Assembly (NCBI GenBank): GCA_963664825.1
Contig: OY761614.1
Location: forward strand, 96,001-160,000
Direction: 5' to 3'
Length of the DNA stretch: 64,000 bases
DNA from: an uncultured Holophaga sp.
GTDB taxonomy: Bacteria; Acidobacteriota; Holophagae; Holophagales; Holophagaceae
Both the position numbers and the translations under genes were made by a program. Of the stretch, positions 9,330 to 18,573 are shown one piece after another. The notes below the pieces were generated by a model. It was not told where the DNA came from, ran no database searches, and saw nothing but the letters and a program-made list of their open reading frames with translations. Position 1 is the stretch's first letter; each line of letters starts with the position of its first letter.

Positions 9330-12300
9330 TAAAAAAGGTGGCCATCTCGGTGGCGGGCTTGATACTCGTAGGTGTCCACCCGCCCCGTTTGGGCCAAGGA
9401 ACGCAGAATTTCCGTTCGATCCTGGGGGTCGACGTAAACCTGATGGGCCATGTCGGTGACCATGTGGACCATCTCGTCGGGGGAATCGTACCCATGCATG
9501 CGAGCCATGGTGGGGTTCACCGTCAGGTAGCGCCCTTGGGGTGTGGTGCGGAAGATTCCCTCCAGGGCGTTCTCGAAAATACCGCGGTAGTTCGCTTCGC
9601 TTTGGCGCAGGGCTTCATCGGCGCGTTTTCGTTCGGTGATATCGATGCAGCTGCCTTCGTAATAGGTCTGCCCGGAGACCTCGTCCCTCATCTGATGAAC
9701 GCTGAGCTGGGTCCAGAACAGGTGTCCATCCCGGTGACGAACCGGATTTTCCAGGTGATCGATTCGGCCATGGGTCCTGAGGCTTTGCATGACATGATCC
9801 CGGTTTTCTTGAACCGCGTAGACCTGGGTCGCGATATCCGTGATTTCCGTCCGCATCTCTTCAGGGGTTGTGTATCCGAACATCTGCGCCATGGCTGGAT
9901 TGATGCTCAGAAACCGCCCATCAGGCGTGCTTTCGAAGACGCCGACCAGAAGATTATTGAAGATGGATCGGTATTTCGTCTCGCTTTCCCGGAGGGCCTT
10001 CTCGACACGCTTGAGTTCCGAAATATCGAAGATAAAACCTTCAAGTCCCTCAAGGTTTCCGTTTTTGTCACAGATGCCTTGGCCCTGCTCCGAGACCCAG
10101 ACCTCGCGGTCTTTGCGCGTATGGACGCGGTACGTCAACCGATAGGGCTCGCGGTTTGCGATGCTGCGCTGGACTTCTTCCCGGATGAAGGGGCGTTGCT
10201 CGGGGGGAATGATGTCTTCCAGGATCGCCCTTCGCGTGACGAGGAAATCTTCTTCCGGGATGCCGAAGAGATCCCGGCACTTCGCGCTGACGAATTCGGC
10301 GGTCCAGTGCGGGTCGTTGGCGCAACGGTACATGACGCCGGGCAGATTCCCGACCAGCGTGCTCCACTGGCGTTCCTGCTCCCGGGCGGCCAGTTCCGCT
10401 TGCTTGAGGGTTGTGATGTCCTGGATGGTGCCCGAGATGAACTGAAGCCTGCCTTCCGCGTCCTCGGTGGCCAGCATGGAGGTCGAATAGATGCGCTCGG
10501 GTCCATCCTCCGGGTTGGTCCGGTATTCGCAGGTGCTCGGAATGTGTTGTTCAAGGGTGCGCTGGAACGCTTCCATGACTGCGGCGCGGTCGTCTGGATG
10601 CACGCGCTCGATGGTGATCTCGCTGGCGGGGGGGGTGACTTGGGATTCCAATCCGAACATGCGGAACATCTGCTTGGACCAGCAAAGCTGCCGAGTCGTG
10701 GGATCGAACTCCCAGCTTCCGATTCCCGCATGGGCCTGGGCTGTCTCCAGTCGCGTCTCGCTGAGTCGCAGCGATGCCTCAGCGGCTTTCCGCTGGGTGA
10801 TATCCCGGCCGTTCAGGAGAATGCCCTGGATATCGGGATCAGGCAGCCAGTTGACGCCCACCGTTTCGAGGGTGATCCAGCGCCCGTCCTTGTGGCGGTA
10901 GCGGTACTCCGAACGATAGGCGATCCCCGGGTGCGCAACGGCCTCCCGGAGGACGGCTTCAGACTGCGAGAGGTCCTGTAGATGGATGTGGTCCAGTCCG
11001 TTTTGTCCGATCAGCTCCTGCGGCTCGTAGCCCAGGATGGCCTTGACGGGACCCATCGCCTCTTTGAAGAGGCCTTCCTCATTGATGATGAAAAAAAGAT
11101 CGTTCGAATTATCCACGAGCAGCTTGATGCGCTTCTCGCTTTCCCGCAGGGCGTTCTCGATGTGCTTGCGCTCCGTGATGTCCTGGATGGTGCCCGAAAG
11201 ATGCAGCGGCTTTCCCTGGGCATCGCTGTCGGCGCAAACGGTATTCTCCAGCACGCGCGGTGTACACCTCGCCGGGTTGGTTCGGTATTCGCGCGTTGAG
11301 GTGATGCCTGATTGGACGACTTGCTGGAAGGCTTCGCGGACGGCTGCTCGATCGTCCGGATGCACCAGCTCGAGGTAATCCTGGAAGGCCGGGGGGAATG
11401 GGGCGGGCTCAAGGTCGAAAAGGCGATACATCTGCTTGGACCAGAACCCCCGGTTCAAGCCGAGATCAAGCGTCCAGCTTCCCATGTGGGCGTGGCTCTG
11501 GGCGGCTTCCAGATGGGCCTCGCTTTCGCGCAAGGCGTTCTCGATGTTCCGGTGTTCCGTCGTATCGTTCAGGATCACCAGCCGCAGCGTATTCCCATCC
11601 CGTTCGATCTCGCGGGCCGTGAAGGACGCGATGAACGAATGGCCGTCCTTCTTGCGCATGCGGAATTCCAGGCCGCGGACCAAGGGCGTGTCTTGGATGG
11701 CGGCCACGAGGCGGTCCTGATCCTCGGGGTGCTCCCAAAGGCCCAATTCCAGAGAGGTGCGCCCGATCAATTCGCCGCGTGAATAGTCAAATTGGTCTTC
11801 AAAGGCCTGGTTGATCTCGGCGAAGGTATTGTCCGTCACGCGGGTGAGGCAGACGGCGTCCGGGATCTGGTCGAAGATGCGGGCAAAGTACGGCTCATCG
11901 ATGGAATCCTGGGGGCCCCGCTCGAGCAGGGTCAGAGCGTAGCCGCGGCCCGGCGCATCTGGATCGACCAGAGCCCCCGTGATCTTCAAGCTTTGGGAAC
12001 GACCATCCTTGCGAATGCAGATGGCTTCAGCTGAGCAGGGACGGGCTCCTGACGCCTCCAGCGCGCGCTCGAACGTGTCGTGTCCGGGATGGAACAGGCG
12101 GGGCTGCTCTCCGATCAGCTCTTCCCGGCTGTATCCGAGCAGTTCAAGGGCCTGTTCGTTAATTTCGTGGATGGTGTGATCGTCGCCCAGCAGAAGGACG
12201 CCCATGGGCGAGGCGCGAAGCACGCTCCGCAGCTCCCACTCGCATGGGCTGGGATCGGGGCGGGGCGATGGATTCGTCGGATCTGAGGGTTTCATCATGA

Positions 12301-12372
12301 GCACCAAGAACGGCTGGAGGCGGGTGCCAGATTCTTCTTTTCGGTCGGATCGCGGTTCTGGCTGAATTCCGA

Positions 12373-12996
12373 TCAATCCTTGCTTTCCAGCCAATTCGAG
12401 CCGCGATGGACTTCGGCCGCCAGGGCGAGTTCCAGGAAGCGCTCCAGGTCCCCGGGCTGATCCAGATCCAGCTCCCCTCCGGGAAAGGGGATCTCCAGCG
12501 CATCCCCATCCTGAAGGAGGCCACGGGCGCCCTTGTCCCCGCGAAGGACGCTCAGTGCCGGGAAGAAGCGCCTCGGGAAGAGGGCCGGAATGCCGAGGAC
12601 GCCCCCATAGCGCGAAGCCACCCCACGGTCCGGATGCGCCTGGTGGGCCGCGAGGATCTGCCCCAGGATTTCCCCCGTGAGCGCCACCTGATCGCACACC
12701 AGCAGCAGCACGGCGTCGACATCTGGGGGCAGGTCGGCCATGCCCGCCCGGAGGGAACTGCCCATGCCCTCCTCCCAATGGGGGTTGAGGAGCACCTGGA
12801 CCTCCAACCCGGAGAGGGCCTCGCGGCAGGATTCCACTTCAGCCCCCAGGACGACGCGCACGGGCCGAAGACCGGCTCCCCAGGCCAGGCGAGCCCCCCG
12901 GCGCAGCAGGGGTTCCCCCTTCCAGGGCACCAGCTGCTTGGGGTGGCCCAGCCTCCGGGAGGCTCCCGCAGCCAGGATGATCGCCGCGACGTTCAT
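12373..12996 (-). CDS. mocA: Molybdenum cofactor cytidylyltransferase-like nucleotidyltransferase
   Basis: IILAAGASRRLGHPKQL, GMGSSL, CDQ, GDKGAR, DLDQPGD; ATG at 12996 overlaps the xdhC stop. Confidence 0.8.
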   Translation of the reverse strand: MNVAAIILAAGASRRLGHPKQLVPWKGEPLLRRGARLAWGAGLRPVRVVLGAEVESCREALSGLEVQVLLNPHWEEGMGSSLRAGMADLPPDVDAVLLLVCDQVALTGEILGQILAAHQAHPDRGVASRYGGVLGIPALFPRRFFPALSVLRGDKGARGLLQDGDALEIPFPGGELDLDQPGDLERFLELALAAEVHRGSNWLESKD

Positions 12997-14108
12997 CCGT
13001 GGATGGATGCCTGGCGGTCCCGCAGATGGCCGCCCGGCCGCCCCGAGAGCACAGCCTGGATTTCCGCCAGGATGGAAAGGGCGATGCCTTCGGGGGCCTC
13101 GGCCCCCAGATCCAGGCCGATGGGATAGTAGAAACGGGCCTTGGCCGCCTCGGTGAAGACCTGCCCCTCGGCTTCCAGTTGGGCCAGCAGCTTCTCGCTG
13201 CGCTTGCGGTTTCCCTGCAATCCCACGAAGGCCGCCCCGCTCTTCAGGAAGTAGCCGAGGGCCTCCAGGTCCTTGGCGTAGATGTGGCTGAGCACCACCG
13301 CCGCACTCCGGGAGTCCAGGCCGAGGCCCGGCATGGTTTCCGAGGGATGGCCCGGGATCACCTGGTCGGCCTCGGGGAATCGCGTGGGCGTGGCCAGCGC
13401 CGGACGGTGATCGAGGATCCCCACGCACCACCCGAGCTCCCGGGCCATGCGCGAAAGGGGCCTGGCGTTCTCCCCGGCTCCGTAAAGCCACAGGGCGATG
13501 GGCGGGTGCAGCGGCTCGATGAGCAGTTCGAGGGTGCCCCCGGGCACGGGGAAGCGCTCCCGGAAGGCCTTTCCCTCTTCCCGCGCCCGCGTGCAGGCCC
13601 TGGCGAGGGCGATGGAGAGCTGGGCGTCGAAGGGCAGGAGCCCGTGATGGCTTTGATCATCGTAGGCGAAGCGATCGCCCAGGGCGTAGGGCAGGGCCTC
13701 CCCTTGGATCCCTAGCACGGTGGCCAGGGCGCAGCTCCTGCGATGGCCCAGATGCTGGGCGCAGAAGTGGATCCAGGGCGCCAGCCGACCCGGCAGGACG
13801 GGTTCCAGCAGGATCTCCGCCCTGCCCTCGCAGCCCATGCCCGTGCCCCAGACCAGATCGAGTTCAGCTCCCATGTCGTAGCGCACCAGACAGGGCTGGC
13901 CGGCCTCCAGGACGCCCTGGGCCCGGGCCTGGATATCCGATTCCATGCATCCGGCGCTCACGCATCCAACTGCGGAAGCCTGGGGCTCCAGGAGCATCCG
14001 CGCGCCGGGTTCCCGGTAGGAGGAACCTTCGACCCCCACCAGGGTGGCGAGCACCGAAGGCACTTGGATTTTCTGGAGCGCGTCGAAGATTTCCTGTGAG
14101 CCCGTCAT
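12993..14108 (-). CDS. xdhC: XdhC/CoxI family Moco insertion chaperone
   Basis: GSSYREPGARM, VSAGCME, GMGCEG, PIGLDLGAEAPEGIALSILAEI. Confidence 0.88.
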   Translation of the reverse strand: MTGSQEIFDALQKIQVPSVLATLVGVEGSSYREPGARMLLEPQASAVGCVSAGCMESDIQARAQGVLEAGQPCLVRYDMGAELDLVWGTGMGCEGRAEILLEPVLPGRLAPWIHFCAQHLGHRRSCALATVLGIQGEALPYALGDRFAYDDQSHHGLLPFDAQLSIALARACTRAREEGKAFRERFPVPGGTLELLIEPLHPPIALWLYGAGENARPLSRMARELGWCVGILDHRPALATPTRFPEADQVIPGHPSETMPGLGLDSRSAAVVLSHIYAKDLEALGYFLKSGAAFVGLQGNRKRSEKLLAQLEAEGQVFTEAAKARFYYPIGLDLGAEAPEGIALSILAEIQAVLSGRPGGHLRDRQASIHG

Positions 14109-14186
14109 GCCAACCTCACTCGAATCCTGAGGGTAGCAGGGGGCCGGGATCCGTCGACACGCACGAATACCTCCGGATCCGCCCGA

Positions 14187-14203
14187 TTGGCACAACCGTC
14201 GCA
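14187..14203 (+). promoter_or_regulatory. Candidate sigma54 (-24/-12) promoter for fliOPQR-flhB
   Basis: TTGGCAC-AACCG-TCGCA with GG and GC separated by 10 nt, ending 34 nt before the fliO ATG. Confidence 0.6.
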
Positions 14204-14236
14204 CGGGAAGGGTCCCCCTGTCGGGAGACCGTCCCT

Positions 14237-14749
14237 ATGCGAAAAGTCCTGTTTTGTCTTGGAATCCTTGTAGTTTCAGGCTTTAGCCTGATGGCCCAGG
14301 CTCCGCCCGCCAGCCCTGCTGAGAAGGAGTTGCAGCAACCCCTGGTGCTCAATGACGTTTCACCGACGCAGGGGCAGTCCGCCCATTCCGAGCCCTCGGC
14401 GTGGCGGGCCTTCGGTTCCACCCTGCTGGTCATCGGCATCGCGGGAGGGGCGCTCTGGGCCTTCCGAAAATATGGCATGAAGCGATTTCCCGGCAGCGGC
14501 GGCGGCCGCTTGAAGGTAATGGAGACCCTTGCCCTGGGGGACCGCCGCTTCGTTTCCCTCCTGCGGGCCGATGAGGAGCAGTTCCTCATCGCCATGAGCC
14601 CCCAGGGCATCACCCTCCTCGCCCGCATGGATGGCGTGGAGACCGCCCCCCCGGAGACCTTCAACGAGGCCCTGGAGCACCATGTGGAGGTGACCCGCCC
14701 CACCTCCGTGAGGGAGGTGGAGGCCATGCTGAAGGGGGAGCGGCCATGA
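14237..14749 (+). CDS. fliO: Flagellar export protein FliO
   Basis: TM helix then LKVMETLALGDRRFVSLLRADEEQFLIAMSPQGITLL; overlaps the fliP start. Confidence 0.8.
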   Translation: MRKVLFCLGILVVSGFSLMAQAPPASPAEKELQQPLVLNDVSPTQGQSAHSEPSAWRAFGSTLLVIGIAGGALWAFRKYGMKRFPGSGGGRLKVMETLALGDRRFVSLLRADEEQFLIAMSPQGITLLARMDGVETAPPETFNEALEHHVEVTRPTSVREVEAMLKGERP

Positions 14750-15504
14750 GGCGCGTTCTCCGGCTCCTGCCCATCCTGCTCCTCCTGAGCGCCGGTCTCG
14801 CCCTCCAGGCCCACCAGGGCCCCTCGGGCCTGCCCACCGTCACCATCGATTTCGGCAAGACGCCCCAGGGCCCGGCCCTCAGTTCCACCCTCCAGGCCCT
14901 CCTTCTGCTGACGGTACTGACCCTGGCCCCGGCCATCCTCATGACCACCACGTGCTTCACCCGCATCGCGGTGGTGCTGAGTTTCCTCCGGCAGGGCATG
15001 GGCACCCAGAACACGCCGTCGAACCAGGTGCTCCTCAGCCTCTCCCTGGTCCTGACCTTCTTCGTCATGGCCCCCGTGGGCCGGGAGATCAACCAGACCG
15101 TGCTTCAGCCCCTGAGCCGCAACGAGCTGACCGTCGACCAGGCCATGGAACGCACGGCGGCGCCCCTGAAGGTCTTCATGCTCAAGCACACGCGCAAGAA
15201 GGATATCTCCCTGTTCCTCTCCATCGCCAAGGCCCCGGCCCCCCAGACCAAGGCCGACGTGCCCCTGGAGGTCCTGGTCCCGGCCTTCCTCATCAGCGAG
15301 CTGAAGACCGCCTTCGAGATCGGCTTCATGATCTTCCTGCCCTTCCTGATCGTGGACATGGTGGTGGCTTCCATCCTCCTGGCCATGGGCATGATGATGC
15401 TGCCGCCGGTGACGATATCCCTGCCCTTCAAGGTGCTGCTCTTCGTGATGGTGGATGGCTGGTACCTGGTGGTGGGAAGCCTCGTCAGGGGGTATACGGG
15501 ATGA
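14746..15504 (+). CDS. fliP: Flagellar export gate protein FliP
   Basis: TTCFTRIAVVL, PSNQVL, PAFLISELKTAF, MGMMMLPP, FVMVDGW. Confidence 0.97.
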   Translation: MRRVLRLLPILLLLSAGLALQAHQGPSGLPTVTIDFGKTPQGPALSSTLQALLLLTVLTLAPAILMTTTCFTRIAVVLSFLRQGMGTQNTPSNQVLLSLSLVLTFFVMAPVGREINQTVLQPLSRNELTVDQAMERTAAPLKVFMLKHTRKKDISLFLSIAKAPAPQTKADVPLEVLVPAFLISELKTAFEIGFMIFLPFLIVDMVVASILLAMGMMMLPPVTISLPFKVLLFVMVDGWYLVVGSLVRGYTG

Positions 15505-15574
15505 ACGGTCGACCCTCACTCGCATTTCCCGCTCGGCGCACGCGTCACGCGCAACGGCCTGAACCGGAGCACCC

Positions 15575-15853
15575 ATGAACGAACTCATCATCGTCCAGAT
15601 TGCCCGCGAAGCTCTCAAGACCGCCATCTACGTGGCGGGCCCCGCCTTGATCGTCTCCATGGTGGTGGGACTGGCCATCTCCATCTTCCAGGTCGTCACC
15701 AGCCTCCAGGATCAGACGGTGGCCTTCGTGCCCAAGGTCCTGGCCGTGATGCTCGTGGTGGTCATCAGCTTCCCCTGGATGGTCCGGATCCTGGTGCAAT
15801 TCACCACCAAGATGTTCACCGACTTCAATCTCGTGGTCAGGCAACTGCCTTGA
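15575..15853 (+). CDS. fliQ: Flagellar export gate protein FliQ
   Basis: VGLAISIFQVVTSLQDQTVAFVPK. Confidence 0.95.
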   Translation: MNELIIVQIAREALKTAIYVAGPALIVSMVVGLAISIFQVVTSLQDQTVAFVPKVLAVMLVVVISFPWMVRILVQFTTKMFTDFNLVVRQLP

Positions 15854-15873
15854 AGCCCGCAGGCGCCCTGTAG

Positions 15874-16656
15874 ATGCCCTCCACCCTCGGCAACCCCGCC
15901 CTCTGGGCCCTCACCCAGGGCAAGGTGCTGATGTGGCTGCTGGTCATCGTCCGGATCTCGGGCCTCATGACCACCCTGCCGGGCCTGGGCCAGGAGCGGA
16001 TCCCCGTGGAGATCCGGGCGGCCCTGGCGGTGCTGTTCTCGGTCATCATCGCCCCCGTGGTCCCGGGCCCGAAGGAGATGCCCGGCGATATGTGGCAGTT
16101 GCTGGCGGTGATGGTCATGGAATTTGCGACAGGCATGCTCCTGGGCCTCTTCGTGTCCTGGATCGTGGAGGCTGTGGCCTTCGCGGGCCACCTCATGGAT
16201 ATCCAGATGGGTTTCTCCTTCGTGCAGTTCCTCGATCCCGCCAGCGCCCGCCCCAGCTCGATCTCGGGTTCGCTCCTGACCCAGCTCACCCTGCTCTTCA
16301 TCCTCATCTCGGGGCTGCACCATCAGATGATCCTGGCCCTGGTGGAGAGCTACAGGATCGTCCCCATCGGATCGGGCATGCCCGGGAACCCCATGCAGAT
16401 CGTCTCCATGGTGGGCCTGCTGCTGGCCCGAGGCCTGCAATTGGCCTTCCCCGTGATGTTGACGCTCTTTTTCGTGGACGCCCTGGAGGGCATCAGCGCC
16501 CGGTTCATGCCCCAACTCCAGCTCATGCAGCTCGTCTTCCCCTTCAAGATCGCCGTCGGGCTGACGGTGCTGGCGGTGCTCCTGAGGGATTTCCAGGCCT
16601 GGCTCCTGCCCATCCTGGAAGCCGCTCCGCGCGAAGCCTTGCGCTTCCTGAGGTAG
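15874..16656 (+). CDS. fliR: Flagellar export gate protein FliR
   Basis: AGHLMDIQMGFSF, ARFMPQLQ, FPFKI; lies between fliQ and flhB. Confidence 0.93.
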   Translation: MPSTLGNPALWALTQGKVLMWLLVIVRISGLMTTLPGLGQERIPVEIRAALAVLFSVIIAPVVPGPKEMPGDMWQLLAVMVMEFATGMLLGLFVSWIVEAVAFAGHLMDIQMGFSFVQFLDPASARPSSISGSLLTQLTLLFILISGLHHQMILALVESYRIVPIGSGMPGNPMQIVSMVGLLLARGLQLAFPVMLTLFFVDALEGISARFMPQLQLMQLVFPFKIAVGLTVLAVLLRDFQAWLLPILEAAPREALRFLR

Positions 16657-16659
16657 CCC

Positions 16660-17718
16660 ATGGCCCAGGATCCTTCACGCACGGAAAAAGCGACCCCCAA
16701 ACGCCGCGCGAAGGCCCGGGAGGACGGTTCGGTCCTGCGGGTGCCGGATCTGGATTCCACCGTGATGCTCTGGGGCAATCTCTTTCTCTTCAGCGCCGCC
16801 TGGGGAGCCACGTCCCTCCTGATGGCCCAGCAGACCGCCTACTTCCTGCGGCGCGCCACCGAACGGGGTCTGCTGGCCCCCGAGAACCTGCACACCCTGG
16901 CCATGGATCTCCTGGGCACGGTGCTCCGCATCCTGCTGCCCTTCCTGGGCGCCAATCTCCTGATGGCCCTGGCCAACCAGTTCATCCAGCATGGTTTCCA
17001 GCCGAACTTCAAGGCTCTCACGCCCAAGTTCGAGAAGCTGAACCCCTTCCCTGGTTTCAAGCGCCTCTTCTCCGCCCGGTCCGTGGTGGAAATCTTCAAG
17101 AGCCTGGGGAAGTTCCTGATCATCATCTGGATGGCCTACGCCATCCTCGCTTCCCGGATGCCTCTGGTGATGAGCACGCTCAAGCTCCCCCTTCACGAGA
17201 GCCTCCGCTTCCTCCAGGAGACCCTCTTCCTGCTCTACCGGAACGTCATGATCGCCATGCTGGTGCTGGCCCTGGCCGATTACCTCTTCCAGCGCCATGA
17301 GTTCGAAAAGAGCATCCGCATGACCAAGCAGGAATTGAAGGACGAGGCCAAGGATTCGGAGGGGAATCCGGAGATCAAGGGCAAGCAGAAATCGATTATG
17401 TTCAGTTCGGTGATGCGGCGGATCCGCACCCAAGTGCCCAAGGCCACCGTGGTCATCACCAATCCCACGCATTTCGCCGTGGCGTTGAGATATGACCCGA
17501 AGACCGCCGCCCCCATCTGCGTGGCCAAGGGCATCGATCACCTCGCCCTCAAGATCAAGGAGCGGGCTAAGGCCACCGGCGTCCCCATCGTGGAGAACCG
17601 TCCCCTGGCCAGGAGCCTGTACCGGAGCGTGGAGCTGGACCGCCCCATCCCACCGGAGCTCTACCAGGCCGTGGCCCAGGTACTGGCCTTCGTCTACCGC
17701 CTGCGAGGCGCGGCTTGA
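16660..17718 (+). CDS. flhB: Flagellar export substrate-specificity protein FlhB
   Basis: TEKATPKR, EGNPEIK, NPTH autocleavage motif, AVAQVLAFVY. Confidence 0.97.
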   Translation: MAQDPSRTEKATPKRRAKAREDGSVLRVPDLDSTVMLWGNLFLFSAAWGATSLLMAQQTAYFLRRATERGLLAPENLHTLAMDLLGTVLRILLPFLGANLLMALANQFIQHGFQPNFKALTPKFEKLNPFPGFKRLFSARSVVEIFKSLGKFLIIIWMAYAILASRMPLVMSTLKLPLHESLRFLQETLFLLYRNVMIAMLVLALADYLFQRHEFEKSIRMTKQELKDEAKDSEGNPEIKGKQKSIMFSSVMRRIRTQVPKATVVITNPTHFAVALRYDPKTAAPICVAKGIDHLALKIKERAKATGVPIVENRPLARSLYRSVELDRPIPPELYQAVAQVLAFVYRLRGAA

Positions 17719-17807
17719 AATGTTGAAATGAAAGGGATTCAGGGAAAGACTACTGTTTCCCCGGCAAATGGCCGAAAGGAATATGTGTCCTCCCTTGCAG
17801 AGAAGGT

Positions 17808-18458
17808 TTGCCTTTGCCCCCCCCCGTCATCCCACCCCATCTTCCTCCGCACCAGCTCTTACTGGTCGACGATGATCCTGTCCTCCTGGAGACCCTGACG
17901 GACCTGTTGCAGCATGAGGGTTTCAACGTCACCACCGCAGAATCCGGCGAGGGGGCCGAACGCCTCCTGGGGACCGCCCAGCCCCCCTTCGATCTGGTAC
18001 TCACGGACCTGGTGATGCCCGGCAAATCAGGCCTCGATGTCCTTCGGAAGGCCCTGGAGGTCAACTCCAGCTGCACCGTCCTCATCCTGAGCGGTTTCGG
18101 CACCGTGCGGGAAGCCACGGAAGCCATGGACCTGGGCGCCTATGGCATGGTGACCAAGCCCCTCCACCTGGACCAGTTCCGCAACATGCTCCGGCGTCTC
18201 CTGGAGCGCATCGAACTGATCCATGAACGGGATCTCCTCCAGAGAGAGGTCCGGAAACTCCAGGGGCGCATCGAATCCCTGGAAGCCACCAAGGGCCGCA
18301 TGGAAATGCTCGCCCACCGCATCAATCCCATGGCCGATAGCGGCTCGGAGGCCCTGGACGACCTGGAGCGCCTGGCTGGACTGAAGGCCCGGGGCATGCT
18401 CACCGAGGAGCAGTTTGAGGCCGCCAAAAAGGCCCTGCTATCGAGGTGGCTGGCATGA
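17808..18458 (+). CDS. Response regulator: receiver + coiled coil + SHOCT-like C-terminus
   Basis: LLLVDDD, LVLTDLVMP, KP; tail LERLAGLKARGMLTEEQFEAAKKALL. Confidence 0.8.
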   Translation: MPLPPPVIPPHLPPHQLLLVDDDPVLLETLTDLLQHEGFNVTTAESGEGAERLLGTAQPPFDLVLTDLVMPGKSGLDVLRKALEVNSSCTVLILSGFGTVREATEAMDLGAYGMVTKPLHLDQFRNMLRRLLERIELIHERDLLQREVRKLQGRIESLEATKGRMEMLAHRINPMADSGSEALDDLERLAGLKARGMLTEEQFEAAKKALLSRWLA

Positions 18459-18573
18459 GGGGACGGAATCTCGCCCCATCCGACATTCAAGGGAACTTGC
18501 GTCTCGCGCATCCCCTCAGCCGATACCGAGCGAACGGCTCTACTATCGAGATGGCTGCCACGAGGGGCCGCGC

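Larger units (their letters stand above)
5018..12298 (-). pseudogene. Multi-PAS (8 PAS/PAC) hybrid sensor histidine kinase interrupted by IS256 and ISL3
   Basis: Three fragments (9329..12298 PAS repeats; ~6844..7999 HEIRTPMN/HATPase/REC; 5018..5385 REC end) join in frame when each IS and one target copy are removed: ...[12 protein letters not shown]... and ...IIGLSAS|VIRVASEPMAGVDFFLGKPF. Confidence 0.9.

Noticed and set aside
9330..12200. Recurring DNA similarity, e.g. GTGATGTCCTGGATGGTGCCCGA near 10413 and 11175
   Set aside because: Explained by duplicated PAS/PAC domains. There is no spacer-repeat periodicity, so it is not a CRISPR array or DGR template.
12299..12778. N-terminal extension of the 1149-aa PAS ORF
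   Set aside because: Overlaps mocA in another frame and is Gly/Arg/Pro-rich noise. ATG at 12298 is the plausible start.
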